Shown here one piece after another: positions 49,801 through 59,467 of a stretch of 64,000 nt of DNA. Origin of the DNA: Candidatus Binatia bacterium (GTDB lineage: Bacteria; Desulfobacterota; Binatia; UBA9968; JAJDTQ01); NCBI GenBank assembly GCA_963666515.2, contig OY762897.2:2752001-2816000 (forward strand). Reading direction: 5' to 3'. The notes beneath the pieces were generated by a model, which was not told where the DNA came from, searched no databases, and worked only from the letters and a program-made list of their open reading frames with translations. The stretch's first letter is position 1. Each line of letters starts with the position of its first letter. Position numbers and translations under genes: made by a program.

Positions 49801-52800
49801 CCTGGTAGTCCGATCCTTCAACCGCGGTCCCGTCCATGAAAACCGGCCGCGCCTTGAATCCTCCCGATACCGCGTTGCTCAACGTCATCGTGAACGTCAG
49901 TGAATCCCCCTCCTCCGCACGAGCGTTGCTTATCTTCAACCTCGCCACGTCGTTGTCCACGATCAATCCCAAAGCCGAATCCGGCACCCCGCTCACACGT
50001 GTGTCCGATACCTCGAAGCTCACCGTCACCGTCTCCTCGTGCTCCACCACACGGTCGTCGATGGTCGTGACCGTGAACGTCTGCTGCTCCCCAGCCGTGC
50101 CCGCGAACACCAGCAGCGACGGACTCAACTCCGTCTTGTAGTCCTGCCCCGACGTCGCCGTCCCCCCGGTGATCACCGGCGTCACCTCGAACCCGTTCTT
50201 CACCCCGTTGTTCAGCGTCACCGTGAACGTCAGCGGCTCCCCCTCCACCGCCTCGGCGTCCGCAAAGGTCGCCGCCGACGAAATGTCGAAATCGTCGTCC
50301 GCCAGCGTCACGCTGGTCCCGTTGACCGTCAGGCCGGTGGACGCGCCCGCTACCGTGATCGTCTCGTCACCCTCGATCTCCGTGTCGTTCGTCGGCGTCA
50401 GCGTGAACGTCCCCGTCCCGCTCGTCTGGCCCGCGGTGATCGTGATGGTGAAATCGCTCACCGCCGTGTAGTCCGTGCCCGAATCCGCGCTGTCGCCGCT
50501 CTCGCCCACGCTCACCGTCACCGTGCGGGCGGTCTTGAACGTGTCCCCGTCGGTCTCGGCCGTCACCGTCACCGCCGTCGCCGTCGCGTTCTCATCCACG
50601 TTCGCGGGTTTCGCAGTCAGCGTAAACTCCGTGCTGTCGTCGTCCGTGATCGTCCCCGTGCCCGTGTCGGTGGATGTCACGCCGGAGGGCGCGCCTGAGA
50701 CGCTCAAGCCCACCGTGAAGGTCTCGTCCCCCTCCACCACCGCGTCCTCCGTGGTCGAGACCGTGAACGTCTTCTTCTCCCCCGCCGTGCCGGTGAAGGT
50801 CAGCGCCGCCGTGTTCTCCGTGTAGTCCGCGCTCTTGTCCGTCGTAACGTCCGTGAAGCTCGGCGTCACCGTCAGACCGCCCTGCACCGCCTTGTCCAGC
50901 GTCACCGTGAAGGTCATGGACTCGCCTTCGCCCGCGTTCGCGTCGCTCACCGTCACCGTCGTGCCGTCGTCGTTATTGATCGTGCCCGTGCCCGTGTCGG
51001 TGGACGTCACGCCCGAGGGCGCGTCCGAGACACTCAACCCCACCGTGAAGGTCTCGTTGCCCTCCAGCGCCGTGTCTTCGGTAGTCGAGACCGTGAACGT
51101 CCGGGTCTCGTTGGCCGTGCCGCTGAAGGTCAGCGCCGCCGTGTTCTCCGTGTAGTCCGTGCTCTTGTCCGTCGTAACGTCCGTGAAACTCGGCGTCACC
51201 TTCAGCCCGCCCTGCACCGCCTTGGACAGCGTCACCGTGAAGGTCATGCTGCTGCCTTCGTCCGCGCTCGCGTCGTTCACCGTCACCGTCGCGCCGTCGT
51301 CGTTGTTGATCGTGCCCGTGCCCGTGTCGGCGGACGTCACGCCCGAGGGCGCGTCCGAGACGCTCAACCCCACCGTGAAGGTCTCGTTGCCCTCCAGCGC
51401 CGTGTCTTCGGTGGTGGAAACCGTGAACGTCCGGGTCTCGTTGGCCGTACCGCTGAAGGTCAGCGCCGCCGTGTTCTCCGTGTAGTCCGCGCTCTTGTCC
51501 GTCGTAACGTCCGTGAAGCTCGGCGTCACCTTCAGCCCGCCCTGAACCGCCTTGGACAGCGTCACCGTGAAGGTCATGCTGCTGCCTTCGTCCGCGCTCG
51601 CGTCGTTCACCGTCACCGTCGCGCCGTCGTCGTTGTTGATCGTCCCCGTGCCCGTGTCGGCGGACGTCACGCCCGAGGGCGCGTCCGAGACGCTCAAGCC
51701 CACCGTGAAGGTCTCGTTGCCCTCCAGCACCGCGTCCTCGGTGGTGGAAACCGTGAACGTCCGGGTCTCGTTGGCCGTGCCGCTGAAGGTCAGCGCCGCC
51801 GTGTTCTCCGTGTAGTCCGCGCTCTTGTCCGTCGTAACGTCCGTGAAGCTCGGCGTCACCTTCAGCCCGCCCTGCACCGCCTTGGACAGCGTCACCGTGA
51901 AGGTCATGGACTCGCCCTCGGAGGCGCTCGCGTCGTTCACCGTCACCGCGGTGCTGTCGTCGTCGTTGATGGTGCCGGTGCCGGTGTCGGTCGCCGTCAC
52001 GGTCGTGCCCGCGGGCGCGTCGGACGCCGCCAGGCCCACCGTGAAGGTCTCGGCGGCCTCCAGAACCGCGTCCTCGGTGGTGGAAACCGTGAACGTCTGC
52101 GTCTCTCCCTTCGTGCCCGTAAAGGTCAGCGCCGTCGTGTTCTCGTCGTAGTCCGTGCCCTTCACCGCGATCACGTCCGTGAACGACGGCGTGACCTCGA
52201 GCCCGCCCTGCACCGCCTCCGACAGCGTCACCGTGAAGGTCATGGACTCGCCTTCGTCCGCGCTCGCGTCGTTCACCGTCACTGCGGCCGAGTCGTCGTT
52301 GTTGACCGTGCCGGTCCCGGTGTCCGTCGCGGTCACGGTCGTGCCCGCGGGCGCGTCGGACGCCGCCAGGCTCACCGTGAAGGTCTCGTTCGCCTCCAGA
52401 ACCGAGTCCTCGGTGGTGTCCACCGTGAACGTCTGCGTCTCACCCTTCGTGCCCGTAAAGGTCAGCGCCGTCGTGTTCTCGTCGTAGTCCGTGCCCTCCA
52501 CCGCGCTCACGTCCGTGAACGACGGCGTGACCTTGAGGCCGCCCTGCACCGCCTCCGACAGCGTCACCGTGAAGGTGATGTCATCGCCCTCGGAGGCGCT
52601 CGCGTCGTTCACCGTCACCGCGGCGCTGTCGTCGTTGTTGATGGTGCCCGTGCCCGTGTCGGTGGAGGTGATGTTGTTCGTGAGATTCGTGCCCGAGACG
52701 CTCATACCCACGGTGAAGGTCTCGTTCGCCTCCAGAACCGCGTCCTCGGTGGTCGAAACCGTGAATGTCTCCGTCTCCCCTTTCGTGCCGCTGAAGGTCA

Positions 52801-55800
52801 GCGCCGTCGTGTTCGCCGTGTAGTCGCCGCTGGCCGCGGTGCCGTTGGTGTAGCTGGGCGTCACCGTCAGGCCCCCCTGCACCGCCTCGGACAGCGTCAC
52901 GGTGAAGGTCATGCTGCTGCCCTCGGAGGCGCTGGCGTCGTTGATGGTCAGGGTCGCGGTGTCCTGGTCGCCCCCGGTACCGGATTGGATGGTGCCCGTG
53001 CCCGTGTCGGTGTCGGTGATGCTGCCCGTGAGCGTCGTGCCGGAGACGCTCAGGCCCACGGTGAAGGTCTCGTTGGCCTCGACCACGTCGTCCTGCGTGG
53101 TGGAGACGGTGAAGGTCTTGGTTTCGTTGGCGTTGCCCGTGAACGTCAGTGCCGTGGTGTTCTCGTCGTAGTCCGTGCCCTCGGTGGCCGTGACGTCGGT
53201 GAAATCCGGCGTCACCGTCAGACCCCCCGCAACCTGGGTGTCCAGGGTCACCGTGAAGGTCATGCTGCTGCCCTCGGCCGCGCTGGCGTCGTCGACGGTC
53301 ACCGTGGCGCTGTCGTTGTCGGTCAGCGTCAGCGTCGTCCCGGTCACCGTCGTGCTCAGGCTCGTGCCGGCCACGCCGATGGTCTCGCTGGCCTCGACCG
53401 TGGAGTCATCGGCCGGCGTGAGCGTGAACGTGCCCGTGCCGGTGGTCGCGTTCGCCGCGATCTTGATGATGAAGTCCGACACCGCGGTGTAGTCCGTGTC
53501 GGAGGTGGCCGTGCCGCTACCGCCCACCGAGACGGTCACCTCGCGCGACGACCCGATGGCCGACGCCGCGGTCGCCGTTACGGTCACCGAGGTGGCGCCG
53601 GCCCCTTCGCTCACGCTCGACGGGTTCGCGGTCAGCGTCACCGCCGGATAGTTGGACGAGTCGTGGATCGACAGCGAGGTGTCCGTCACGGGGATCGAGG
53701 TGTTCGCGGCGTTCGCGCCGAAGGCATTGACCCCGCCGCCCCCCGACGATGTCGTGCCGCTGATCGTGACGCTCTCGAAGCCTTCGTAGGCCGTGTCGGT
53801 CTTGGGCTTGAACGTGAACGTGCCCGTGCCGCTCGTCGCGTTCGCCGCGATGGTGATCGTGAAGTCCGACACCGCCTCGTAGTCGGTGCCCGAGGTCGCC
53901 TCGTCGCCGGATTCGCCCACCGACACCGTCACCGCCGTCGCCGAGCTGCGCGCCGCGTTGATGGTCGCGGTCACCGTGACCGTCTCGCTGGCCTTGCTCT
54001 CGCTCACGGACGACGGACTCGCGGACAGGGTGATGGCGTGGGTGTCGTCGTCGGTCAGCGTCACCGTGGTGGACGTCACGGTCGAGGACGCGCTCGCGCC
54101 GGCCACGCCGATGGTCTCGCTGCCTTCCACCGCGGTGTCCTGGGTCGGCGTCAGGGTGAACGTCCCCGTGCCGCTCGTGGCGTTGGCGGCGATGGTGATG
54201 GTGAAGTCCGCGACCGTGGCGTAGTCCGTGCCGCTGGACGCGGTGCCGCTGCCGCCCACCGACACGTTCACCTTGCGCGCCGACGAAATCGCCGAGGCGG
54301 CGCTGGCCGTCACCGTCACCGACGTGGCGGACGCCCCTTCGCTCACGCTCGACGGGTTGGCCGACAGGGTGATCGCCGGATAGCTGTCGTCGTCGGCGAG
54401 TGTCATCGTAGTCCCCGTCACGGTCGAGTTGGGGCTGGCGCCCTCCATGCCGATGGTCTCGTTGCCCTCCACCGACGTGTCTTGGGTCGGGGTCAGGGTG
54501 AACGTGCCCGTGCCGGTCTTCGCATTTGCGGCGATCGTGATGGTGAAGTCCGACACGGCCGCGTAGTCCGTTCCGGAGGTGGCCGTGCCGCTGTCCCCCA
54601 CTTGGACCCTCACCGTGCGCGCCGAGGACGTCGCGGCCTTGGCGGTGGCCGTCACCGTCACCGACGTGGCGCTCGCCCCCTCGCCCACGCTCGACGGGCT
54701 TGCCGACAGCGCGATGGCGTGTTTGTCGTCGTCGGTCAGCGTGACGGAGGTGCCGGTCACCGTGTGGCCGCCGCTGCTGCTGCCCGACACCGAGATCGCC
54801 TCGTTGCCCTCCACCAGGGTGTCCTGCACCGGCGTCAGCTCGAACGAGGCCTCGGCCGTGGACTGGCCCTTCGGGATCGTGATCGTGCGGACGTTCGACG
54901 TCGTGTAGTCCGTGGTCTTGGTCGCGCTGTCGCCGCCCGCGCCGACGGCCAGCGTCACCGTCGTCTCGGCCTTCATCGCCGCCGCCGCGGTCGCCCGCAC
55001 GGTCACTGACTTGAGCCCCGCGCCCTCGGCCACGGCGACGTACGACGGCACGGTGCTGAGCGCGATCGTCGGCAGGTCGTCGTCGGTCAGCGTCAGGGTG
55101 GTTCTCGATATCGTCGCGGCCTCGCTGCTCGTGCCGGTCACGTGGATGGTCTCGTCGCCCTCAAGGGCGGTGTCGTCCGTCGGGGTCAGGGTGAAGGAGC
55201 CCGTGCCGCTCGTCGCGTTCGCCGCGATCGTGATCGTGAAGTCGGAAACGGCCGCGTAGTCCGTGCCCGAGGTCGCCGTGCCGCTGTCGCCCACCGACAC
55301 CGTCACCGTGCGCGCCGTGGCAAGAGCCTCCGCCGCGGTCGCCGTCACCGTCACCGACGTGGCGCTCGCCGCTTCGCTGATGCTCGACGGCGCCGCCGAG
55401 AGGGTCACCGCGGGATCCGTGTCGGTCAGGGTCAGCGTCGTCGGGTGCACGTAGGCGACCGTGCTCGATCCCGACACGCCGATGGTCTCGTCGCCCTCGG
55501 CGGCGCTGTCCTTGGTCGGCCTCAGGGTGAAGACGTTCGTGGCGCCCGTCTTGTTCGCGGGAATCACGATGTCGAAGTCCGACACCGCCGCGTAGTCCGT
55601 GCCGGAGGTCGCCGTCCCGGTGTCCCCCACCGACACCGTCACCGTGCGCGGCGTCGACACCGTCCCCGTCGCCGTGGCCGTCACCGCCACCTGCGTCCCC
55701 GCCGCCCCCTCACTGACGCTCGACGGGTGTACCGAGAGTGCGATGGGCTGGGCGTCGGTCAGTTTAATCGACGTTCCTTGGCCCGCATAAAAATTAAAAT

Positions 55801-58800
55801 GGGAACCACTCCCGTTGATGTTGATCGTCTCGTCGCTCTCGAGCAGCGCGTCCTGGGTCGGCGTCAGGGTGAAGGTGCCCGTGGCGCTCGAAGCCTTGTT
55901 GGGAATCGTGATCGTGAAGTTCGACACCGCCGCGTAGTCCGTGCCCGACGTTGCGGTGCCGCCGCCGACCGACACCGTCACGTACACGTTTCCGTACACC
56001 GTGGGGTGGATGTGTGCCGTCACCGTCACCGTCGTGGCGCCGTCGTGCTCGCTCACGCTCGACACGTCCGTCGTCAGTCCTATCGTCGCGTACCATTCAA
56101 AGATCCCTACCCCATTGGATACGCCGTTCACCTTGTAGCCGGTCGCGAGGCCCTCGATCGAGAACCTCTCATTGTTGTCGGCAACGAAGTCCCGTATCCC
56201 CGCTACGCTGAAGCCCTTTGACGCTGAGGTCTGGCCCGCGGGTATCGTGATCGTGTAGTCGGCCACCTCCGTGTAGTCCACGCCCTCGGTCGCGCCGTCG
56301 GTGCCCGCGCCGACCACTACCGTTACGTCGACCGCCGACGTCGTCGCGCCGGTGCGTGTTGCCGTAACGTCGATGGTCCCACTCCAACTCTCGGAAAAGG
56401 CTGCCGTGCCGGCCGAAAGCGAGATCGTGGGCTGGTCGTCATCGACCAGCGTCAGCGTCGTTCCCGTCACCGTTGCGAGCGAGTTGGTGCCCGCGATGCC
56501 GATGGTCTCGTTGCCTTCGTTGGTGGTGTCCTGGGTCGGGGTCAGGGTGAACGAGCCCGTGCCGCTCGTCGCGTCCGCCGCGATCGTGATGTCGAAGTCC
56601 GACACCGCCGCGTAGTCCGTGCCCGAGGTCGCCGTCCCGGTTCCCCCCACGGACACCGTCACCGTGCGCGCCACCGCGATCGCCGTCGCCGCGGTGGCCG
56701 TCACTGTCACCGACGTTCCGGACGCCTCCTCGCCCAGCACCTTCCGGTTCAGCGACAAGGTCACCGCATCCTTGTCGTCGTCGGTGAGCGTGATCGTGGC
56801 GTTCGTCATCGTCGTGTTCGGGCTGCTGCCGTCCACGCCGATCGTCTCGTTGTACTCGACCAGGGTGTCCTGGGTCGGGGTCAGGGTGAACGTCCCAGTC
56901 CCGCTCGTCGCGTTCGCCGCGATGGTGATCGTGAAGTCCGTCACCGCCGCATAGTCCGACCCGGAAGCCGCGGTGCCGGTCTGACCCACCGACACGGTCA
57001 CCGTGCGTGCGGACGAAATCGCGGATGCGGCCGTGGCCGTCACCGTGATCGAGGTGGCCGACGCCCCCTCACTCACGCTCGACGTGCTCGTCGAGAGGGT
57101 GATCGCCGGCAGGGTGTCGTCGTCGGTGAGCGCCAAGGTCGTTCCCGTCACCGTCGTGGCGGTGCTGCTGCCGGACACGCCGATGGTCTCGCCGCCCTCG
57201 ACCGTCGTGTCCTGGGTCGGCGTCAGCGTGAACGTGCCCGTGCCGCTCGTGGCGTTCGCCGCGAGCGTGACCGTGAAGTCCGACACCGCCGCGTAGTCCG
57301 TGCCCGAGGTCGCCGTGCCGCTGCCGCCCACCTTCACCGACACCGTGCGCGCCGAGGCAATCGCGGACGCGGCCGTGGCCGTCACGGTGACCGAGGTGGC
57401 GGACGCACTCTCGAGAACGCTCGACGGGCTCACCGACAGCGTGACCGCGGGATTGATGTCGTCGTCGGCGAGCGTCACCGTGGTTCCCGTCACCGTCGTG
57501 TTCAGGCTGCTGCCGGCCACGCCGATGGTCTCGTTCCCCTCGTTGGTGGTGTCCTGGATCGGCTTCAGGCTGAAGGTGCCCGTGCCGCTCAGCGCGTTCG
57601 CCGCGATGGTGATGTCGAAGTTCGACACCGCGGCGTAATCCGTGCCCGAGGCCGCGGAGCCGGTGCCCCCCACCGACACCGTCAGGGTGCGCGCCCACGC
57701 GACCGTCGAGGCGGCCGTGGCCTTCACCCTCACCGAGGTGGCCAGCGCCGCTTCGGCCACGCTCGACGGCGTCGCCGTGAGGGTCACCGCCGGCTGGGCG
57801 TCGTCGTCGGCCAGCGTCATCGCCGTTCCGCCCACCGTGAAGACCACGCCGCGGTCTTCCGGCATCCCGTCGATCGAGATCGATTCGGCATCCTCCACCG
57901 ACGTGTCGTTGGTCGGGGTCAGACTGAACGCGCCCGTGGCGGTCTTCGCGTTCGCCGGGATGGTGATGTTGAAGGCCGGCACCACCGTGTAGTCCGTGCC
58001 CGGGGTCGCGGTGTCCTTCTGCCTGTTGCCCACCGCCACCAGCACCGTGCGGGCCTTGACGGCCGCGGTCGGCGAGGACGCCGTGACCGTCACCGTCTTG
58101 GCGCCGCCGTTCTCGCTCACGCTGGCCGGGCTCACCGACAGCGTGACGTCCAGCGCCGGCTCGTCGTCGGTCAGCGTCAGGGTGGTTCCGGTCAGTTTCG
58201 CGGCCACGCCCTCGACATTCCCCGCGAGGGCGATGGTCTCGTCGCCCTCCGCCAGCGTGTCCTGGGTCGGCGTCAGCGTGAAGGTGCCGGTGGCGCTGGT
58301 GGCGTTCTTCGCGAGGGTGATGTCGAAGTTCGACACTGCGGCGTAGTCCGTGCCCGACGCCGCGGTGCCGCTGCCCCCCACCGACACCGTCACCGTGCGG
58401 GAGGCCGAGTGCGCGGCCGAAGCCGCGGTGACCGTCACCGTGGTGGCGCCGTCCGCCTCGCTCAGCTTCGACGGGTTCGCCGACAGCGTGACCTGCGGCC
58501 CGCTGTAGGGCCGGTCGCCCTCGTCGGTCAGGGTCAGGGTGGCTGACTGCGCGCCGTCGGCGCCCGAGGCATGGATCGTGATCGTCTCGTCGCCTTCCCA
58601 GTCGGTGTCCCCGATCGGCTCCAGGTTGAAGGAGTTGCTGCCCGACCGCCGGCCGGCCTTGATGGTGATCCTGAACTTGGAGACCGCCTTGTAGTCCGTG
58701 CCCGAGACGGCGCCGTCGCCGCCCTTGCCCACCGTCACCTCGTAGCTGAGATCGCTGGACGAAGTGCCCCACTCCGACACTTCCGCGGTCACCGTCACAA

Positions 58801-58981
58801 GCTGCTTGCCGCCGTTCTCCGACACGGAGCCCGGCGAGAGGGACAACCTGGCGCCGTACCACCACTGGGCTCTGACTTCGGCGCCTGCCGGCGACGCGGA
58901 GGCGCAGACCAGAGCTGCCAGTATTACTGTGGCCCCGGCAGAGGGGCCGAGGGAGCGGATTACGCGCTTCATTGACGGCAT
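46814..58981 (-). CDS. Giant repetitive adhesin (about 4055 aa): signal peptide, Thr-rich Ig-like/Calx-beta repeats, C-terminal autotransporter-like beta-barrel
   Basis: Signal peptide ...SPAGA; many ~110-aa repeats (GTATSGTDY...F.ITI...DT.VEGNETI); C-terminal AWLARFGRTV helix followed by amphipathic beta-strands; AAGGA RBS before ATG 58981. Confidence 0.88.
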   Translation of the reverse strand: MPSMKRVIRSLGPSAGATVILAALVCASASPAGAEVRAQWWYGARLSLSPGSVSENGGKQLVTVTAEVSEWGTSSSDLSYEVTVGKGGDGAVSGTDYKAVSKFRITIKAGRRSGSNSFNLEPIGDTDWEGDETITIHASGADGAQSATLTLTDEGDRPYSGPQVTLSANPSKLSEADGATTVTVTAASAAHSASRTVTVSVGGSGTAASGTDYAAVSNFDITLAKNATSATGTFTLTPTQDTLAEGDETIALAGNVEGVAAKLTGTTLTLTDDEPALDVTLSVSPASVSENGGAKTVTVTASSPTAAVKARTVLVAVGNRQKDTATPGTDYTVVPAFNITIPANAKTATGAFSLTPTNDTSVEDAESISIDGMPEDRGVVFTVGGTAMTLADDDAQPAVTLTATPSSVAEAALATSVRVKATAASTVAWARTLTVSVGGTGSAASGTDYAAVSNFDITIAANALSGTGTFSLKPIQDTTNEGNETIGVAGSSLNTTVTGTTVTLADDDINPAVTLSVSPSSVLESASATSVTVTATAASAIASARTVSVKVGGSGTATSGTDYAAVSDFTVTLAANATSGTGTFTLTPTQDTTVEGGETIGVSGSSTATTVTGTTLALTDDDTLPAITLSTSTSSVSEGASATSITVTATAASAISSARTVTVSVGQTGTAASGSDYAAVTDFTITIAANATSGTGTFTLTPTQDTLVEYNETIGVDGSSPNTTMTNATITLTDDDKDAVTLSLNRKVLGEEASGTSVTVTATAATAIAVARTVTVSVGGTGTATSGTDYAAVSDFDITIAADATSGTGSFTLTPTQDTTNEGNETIGIAGTNSLATVTGTTLTLVDDDQPTISLSAGTAAFSESWSGTIDVTATRTGATTSAVDVTVVVGAGTDGATEGVDYTEVADYTITIPAGQTSASKGFSVAGIRDFVADNNERFSIEGLATGYKVNGVSNGVGIFEWYATIGLTTDVSSVSEHDGATTVTVTAHIHPTVYGNVYVTVSVGGGTATSGTDYAAVSNFTITIPNKASSATGTFTLTPTQDALLESDETININGSGSHFNFYAGQGTSIKLTDAQPIALSVHPSSVSEGAAGTQVAVTATATGTVSTPRTVTVSVGDTGTATSGTDYAAVSDFDIVIPANKTGATNVFTLRPTKDSAAEGDETIGVSGSSTVAYVHPTTLTLTDTDPAVTLSAAPSSISEAASATSVTVTATAAEALATARTVTVSVGDSGTATSGTDYAAVSDFTITIAANATSGTGSFTLTPTDDTALEGDETIHVTGTSSEAATISRTTLTLTDDDLPTIALSTVPSYVAVAEGAGLKSVTVRATAAAAMKAETTVTLAVGAGGDSATKTTDYTTSNVRTITIPKGQSTAEASFELTPVQDTLVEGNEAISVSGSSSGGHTVTGTSVTLTDDDKHAIALSASPSSVGEGASATSVTVTATAKAATSSARTVRVQVGDSGTATSGTDYAAVSDFTITIAANAKTGTGTFTLTPTQDTSVEGNETIGMEGASPNSTVTGTTMTLADDDSYPAITLSANPSSVSEGASATSVTVTASAASAISSARKVNVSVGGSGTASSGTDYATVADFTITIAANATSGTGTFTLTPTQDTAVEGSETIGVAGASASSTVTSTTVTLTDDDTHAITLSASPSSVSESKASETVTVTATINAARSSATAVTVSVGESGDEATSGTDYEAVSDFTITIAANATSGTGTFTFKPKTDTAYEGFESVTISGTTSSGGGGVNAFGANAANTSIPVTDTSLSIHDSSNYPAVTLTANPSSVSEGAGATSVTVTATAASAIGSSREVTVSVGGSGTATSDTDYTAVSDFIIKIAANATTGTGTFTLTPADDSTVEASETIGVAGTSLSTTVTGTTLTLTDNDSATVTVDDASAAEGSSMTFTVTLDTQVAGGLTVTPDFTDVTATEGTDYDENTTALTFTGNANETKTFTVSTTQDDVVEANETFTVGLSVSGTTLTGSITDTDTGTGTIQSGTGGDQDTATLTINDASASEGSSMTFTVTLSEAVQGGLTVTPSYTNGTAASGDYTANTTALTFSGTKGETETFTVSTTEDAVLEANETFTVGMSVSGTNLTNNITSTDTGTGTINNDDSAAVTVNDASASEGDDITFTVTLSEAVQGGLKVTPSFTDVSAVEGTDYDENTTALTFTGTKGETQTFTVDTTEDSVLEANETFTVSLAASDAPAGTTVTATDTGTGTVNNDDSAAVTVNDASADEGESMTFTVTLSEAVQGGLEVTPSFTDVIAVKGTDYDENTTALTFTGTKGETQTFTVSTTEDAVLEAAETFTVGLAASDAPAGTTVTATDTGTGTINDDDSTAVTVNDASASEGESMTFTVTLSKAVQGGLKVTPSFTDVTTDKSADYTENTAALTFSGTANETRTFTVSTTEDAVLEGNETFTVGLSVSDAPSGVTSADTGTGTINNDDGATVTVNDASADEGSSMTFTVTLSKAVQGGLKVTPSFTDVTTDKSADYTENTAALTFSGTANETRTFTVSTTEDTALEGNETFTVGLSVSDAPSGVTSADTGTGTINNDDGATVTVNDASADEGSSMTFTVTLSKAVQGGLKVTPSFTDVTTDKSTDYTENTAALTFSGTANETRTFTVSTTEDTALEGNETFTVGLSVSDAPSGVTSTDTGTGTINNDDGTTVTVSDANAGEGESMTFTVTLDKAVQGGLTVTPSFTDVTTDKSADYTENTAALTFTGTAGEKKTFTVSTTEDAVVEGDETFTVGLSVSGAPSGVTSTDTGTGTITDDDSTEFTLTAKPANVDENATATAVTVTAETDGDTFKTARTVTVSVGESGDSADSGTDYTAVSDFTITITAGQTSGTGTFTLTPTNDTEIEGDETITVAGASTGLTVNGTSVTLADDDFDISSAATFADAEAVEGEPLTFTVTLNNGVKNGFEVTPVITGGTATSGQDYKTELSPSLLVFAGTAGEQQTFTVTTIDDRVVEHEETVTVSFEVSDTRVSGVPDSALGLIVDNDVARLKISNARAEEGDSLTFTMTLSNAVSGGFKARPVFMDGTAVEGSDYQGNRPTLEFSGTSGESRSVTVPSLEDGVVEPEEWFNIGLSISGAPGGLRVGAGVGVIEDDDEAVLTVSDARGEEGEGLVFTVTLDNAVQSGFTVRPVFTDGSAEEGSDYRENRSALEFSGVAGESHTFEVTSLEDGVVEYDEDFTVGLDTTEVPAGVQVVSGAGVIEDDDEAVLTISDASAKEGEALVFTVTLDNAVQSGFTVRPVFTDGSAEEGLDYTENRPALEFSGVAGESRTFEVMSLEDAVVEYNEEFTVSMDLTEGPGGLQTGAAGTGTIEDGTETVVRVSEARAEEGEELVFTVTLENAVVGGLTVTPSYADGTALEGTDYTENVTALTFAGTAGESQEIAVSSLEDGLVEGDETFTLRVGVTDAPAGVSGSEGTGTVEDDDRRGEGVEVRVTDVSVEEGSPLVFTVSLAQAVPDNIVILRYATRDGTAHAGQDYTAVSGTFTFAAGETEKTVEVATLDDEFDEGSETMELRLSDGVNAKLTDPAGTGTITNDDPLPKAWLARFGRTVGEHVMGAIDARLHGDATGSHLTVGGVTAEKPEEGEGRRPMGSFGLSEAGEWEGLARGGSERKGAGWPGPQGDGALGFGAVGFGTGTKEMTTRELLASSAFRWRLGASEEGSGSGLRWTSWGSGAATRFDGRERSVSLDGEVVGMTLGVDAEWGPWTAGMALAYNDGRGTYDDAKSGRSGKTWSTLTSAHPYVRWQNERLSVWGLVGHGQGEYAVAPGEGDETVRTDMGMNMAGVGARQTLAPAPGGVELALRADGMFVWMNSDAVAGRLQETRTETRHLRLLLEGSRGFNVGSGGVLTPSLEAGVRHDAGDAETGFGLEVNARVRYEDVARGLTVEARGRGMVAHEVNGYEVWGASGSVVLDPGSDRLGLSLRVQPSWGEPESGVESLWDEGAAEGGSLAGSRTGARLDTELGYGLPALEGRGVFTLQAGFGMEDGGSHRVRVGGVLDTDNGFELSLSGEQTLPHEGEPEYEVVLNARFAL
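50640..51970 (-). repeat. Near-identical 330-bp tandem repeats (about 4 copies) within the adhesin
   Basis: CCGTGAACGTCCGGGTCTCGTTGGCCGT recurs at 51091, 51421 and 51751; variant at 50761. Confidence 0.9.
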
Positions 58982-59032
58982 GAGACTATCCTTTCCACGC
59001 CTGCCCAAGTCAGTGGCACTGGCTCTCTATAA

Positions 59033-59048
59033 AGCAACCAGCGTGCCA
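59033..59048 (-). promoter_or_regulatory. Sigma-54 promoter of the giant adhesin
   Basis: Minus strand TGGCACG-CTGG-TTGCT. Confidence 0.85.
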
Positions 59049-59065
59049 ACGTGCGCGAAATCATG

Positions 59066-59078
59066 TAACCTATTGATA
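59066..59078 (-). promoter_or_regulatory. IHF binding site
   Basis: TATCAATAGGTTA matches WATCAANNNNTTR; lies between the promoter and the upstream palindromes. Confidence 0.7.
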
Positions 59079-59123
59079 TTAAAGGGATTTTAGCGATCGG
59101 GTGAATCGAGCGTATTCGCTCAT

Positions 59124-59140
59124 TGTCGCAAAATGCGACA
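59124..59140. promoter_or_regulatory. Palindromic putative enhancer-binding-protein site
   Basis: TGTCGCA-AAA-TGCGACA perfect dyad; degenerate copies near 59240-59275. Confidence 0.6.
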
Positions 59141-59305
59141 GGAAGGCCCCTGCCATACTGAGAATATTATTGATTTATGGTCATATATTCTCAATAATCC
59201 TGAATAGTTATGGATAAAACTTACAGCTATAGGGGATAATTTCGCATTTCGAGACGTGATTCTCACTTTGAGACACTTTTCGGGGCGGAACGGGTGCAAA
59301 ACGGC

Positions 59306-59384
59306 GTCCTTCGACTTCGCTCCGCTACGCTCAGGACGAACGGGTTTGGTAGGTGTGCAGTTTGGCAGGTACTCAGGACGAACG
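59306..59384. repeat. REP-like element(s)
   Basis: GTCCTTCGAC...GCTCAGGACGAACGG; CTCAGGACGAACGG repeated about 40 bp later; a related motif near 59964. Confidence 0.55.
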
Positions 59385-59467
59385 GCTGGAGGTGAGGGTC
59401 TCGGCGACTACGAGGTCCTGGCCCGATTATCCTTGCCCCGGACCAGTGGGGTTGCTATGATCGAAGC

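Noticed and set aside
50475-58346. Series of ~110-aa plus-strand ORFs
   Set aside because: Antisense shadows of the adhesin repeats
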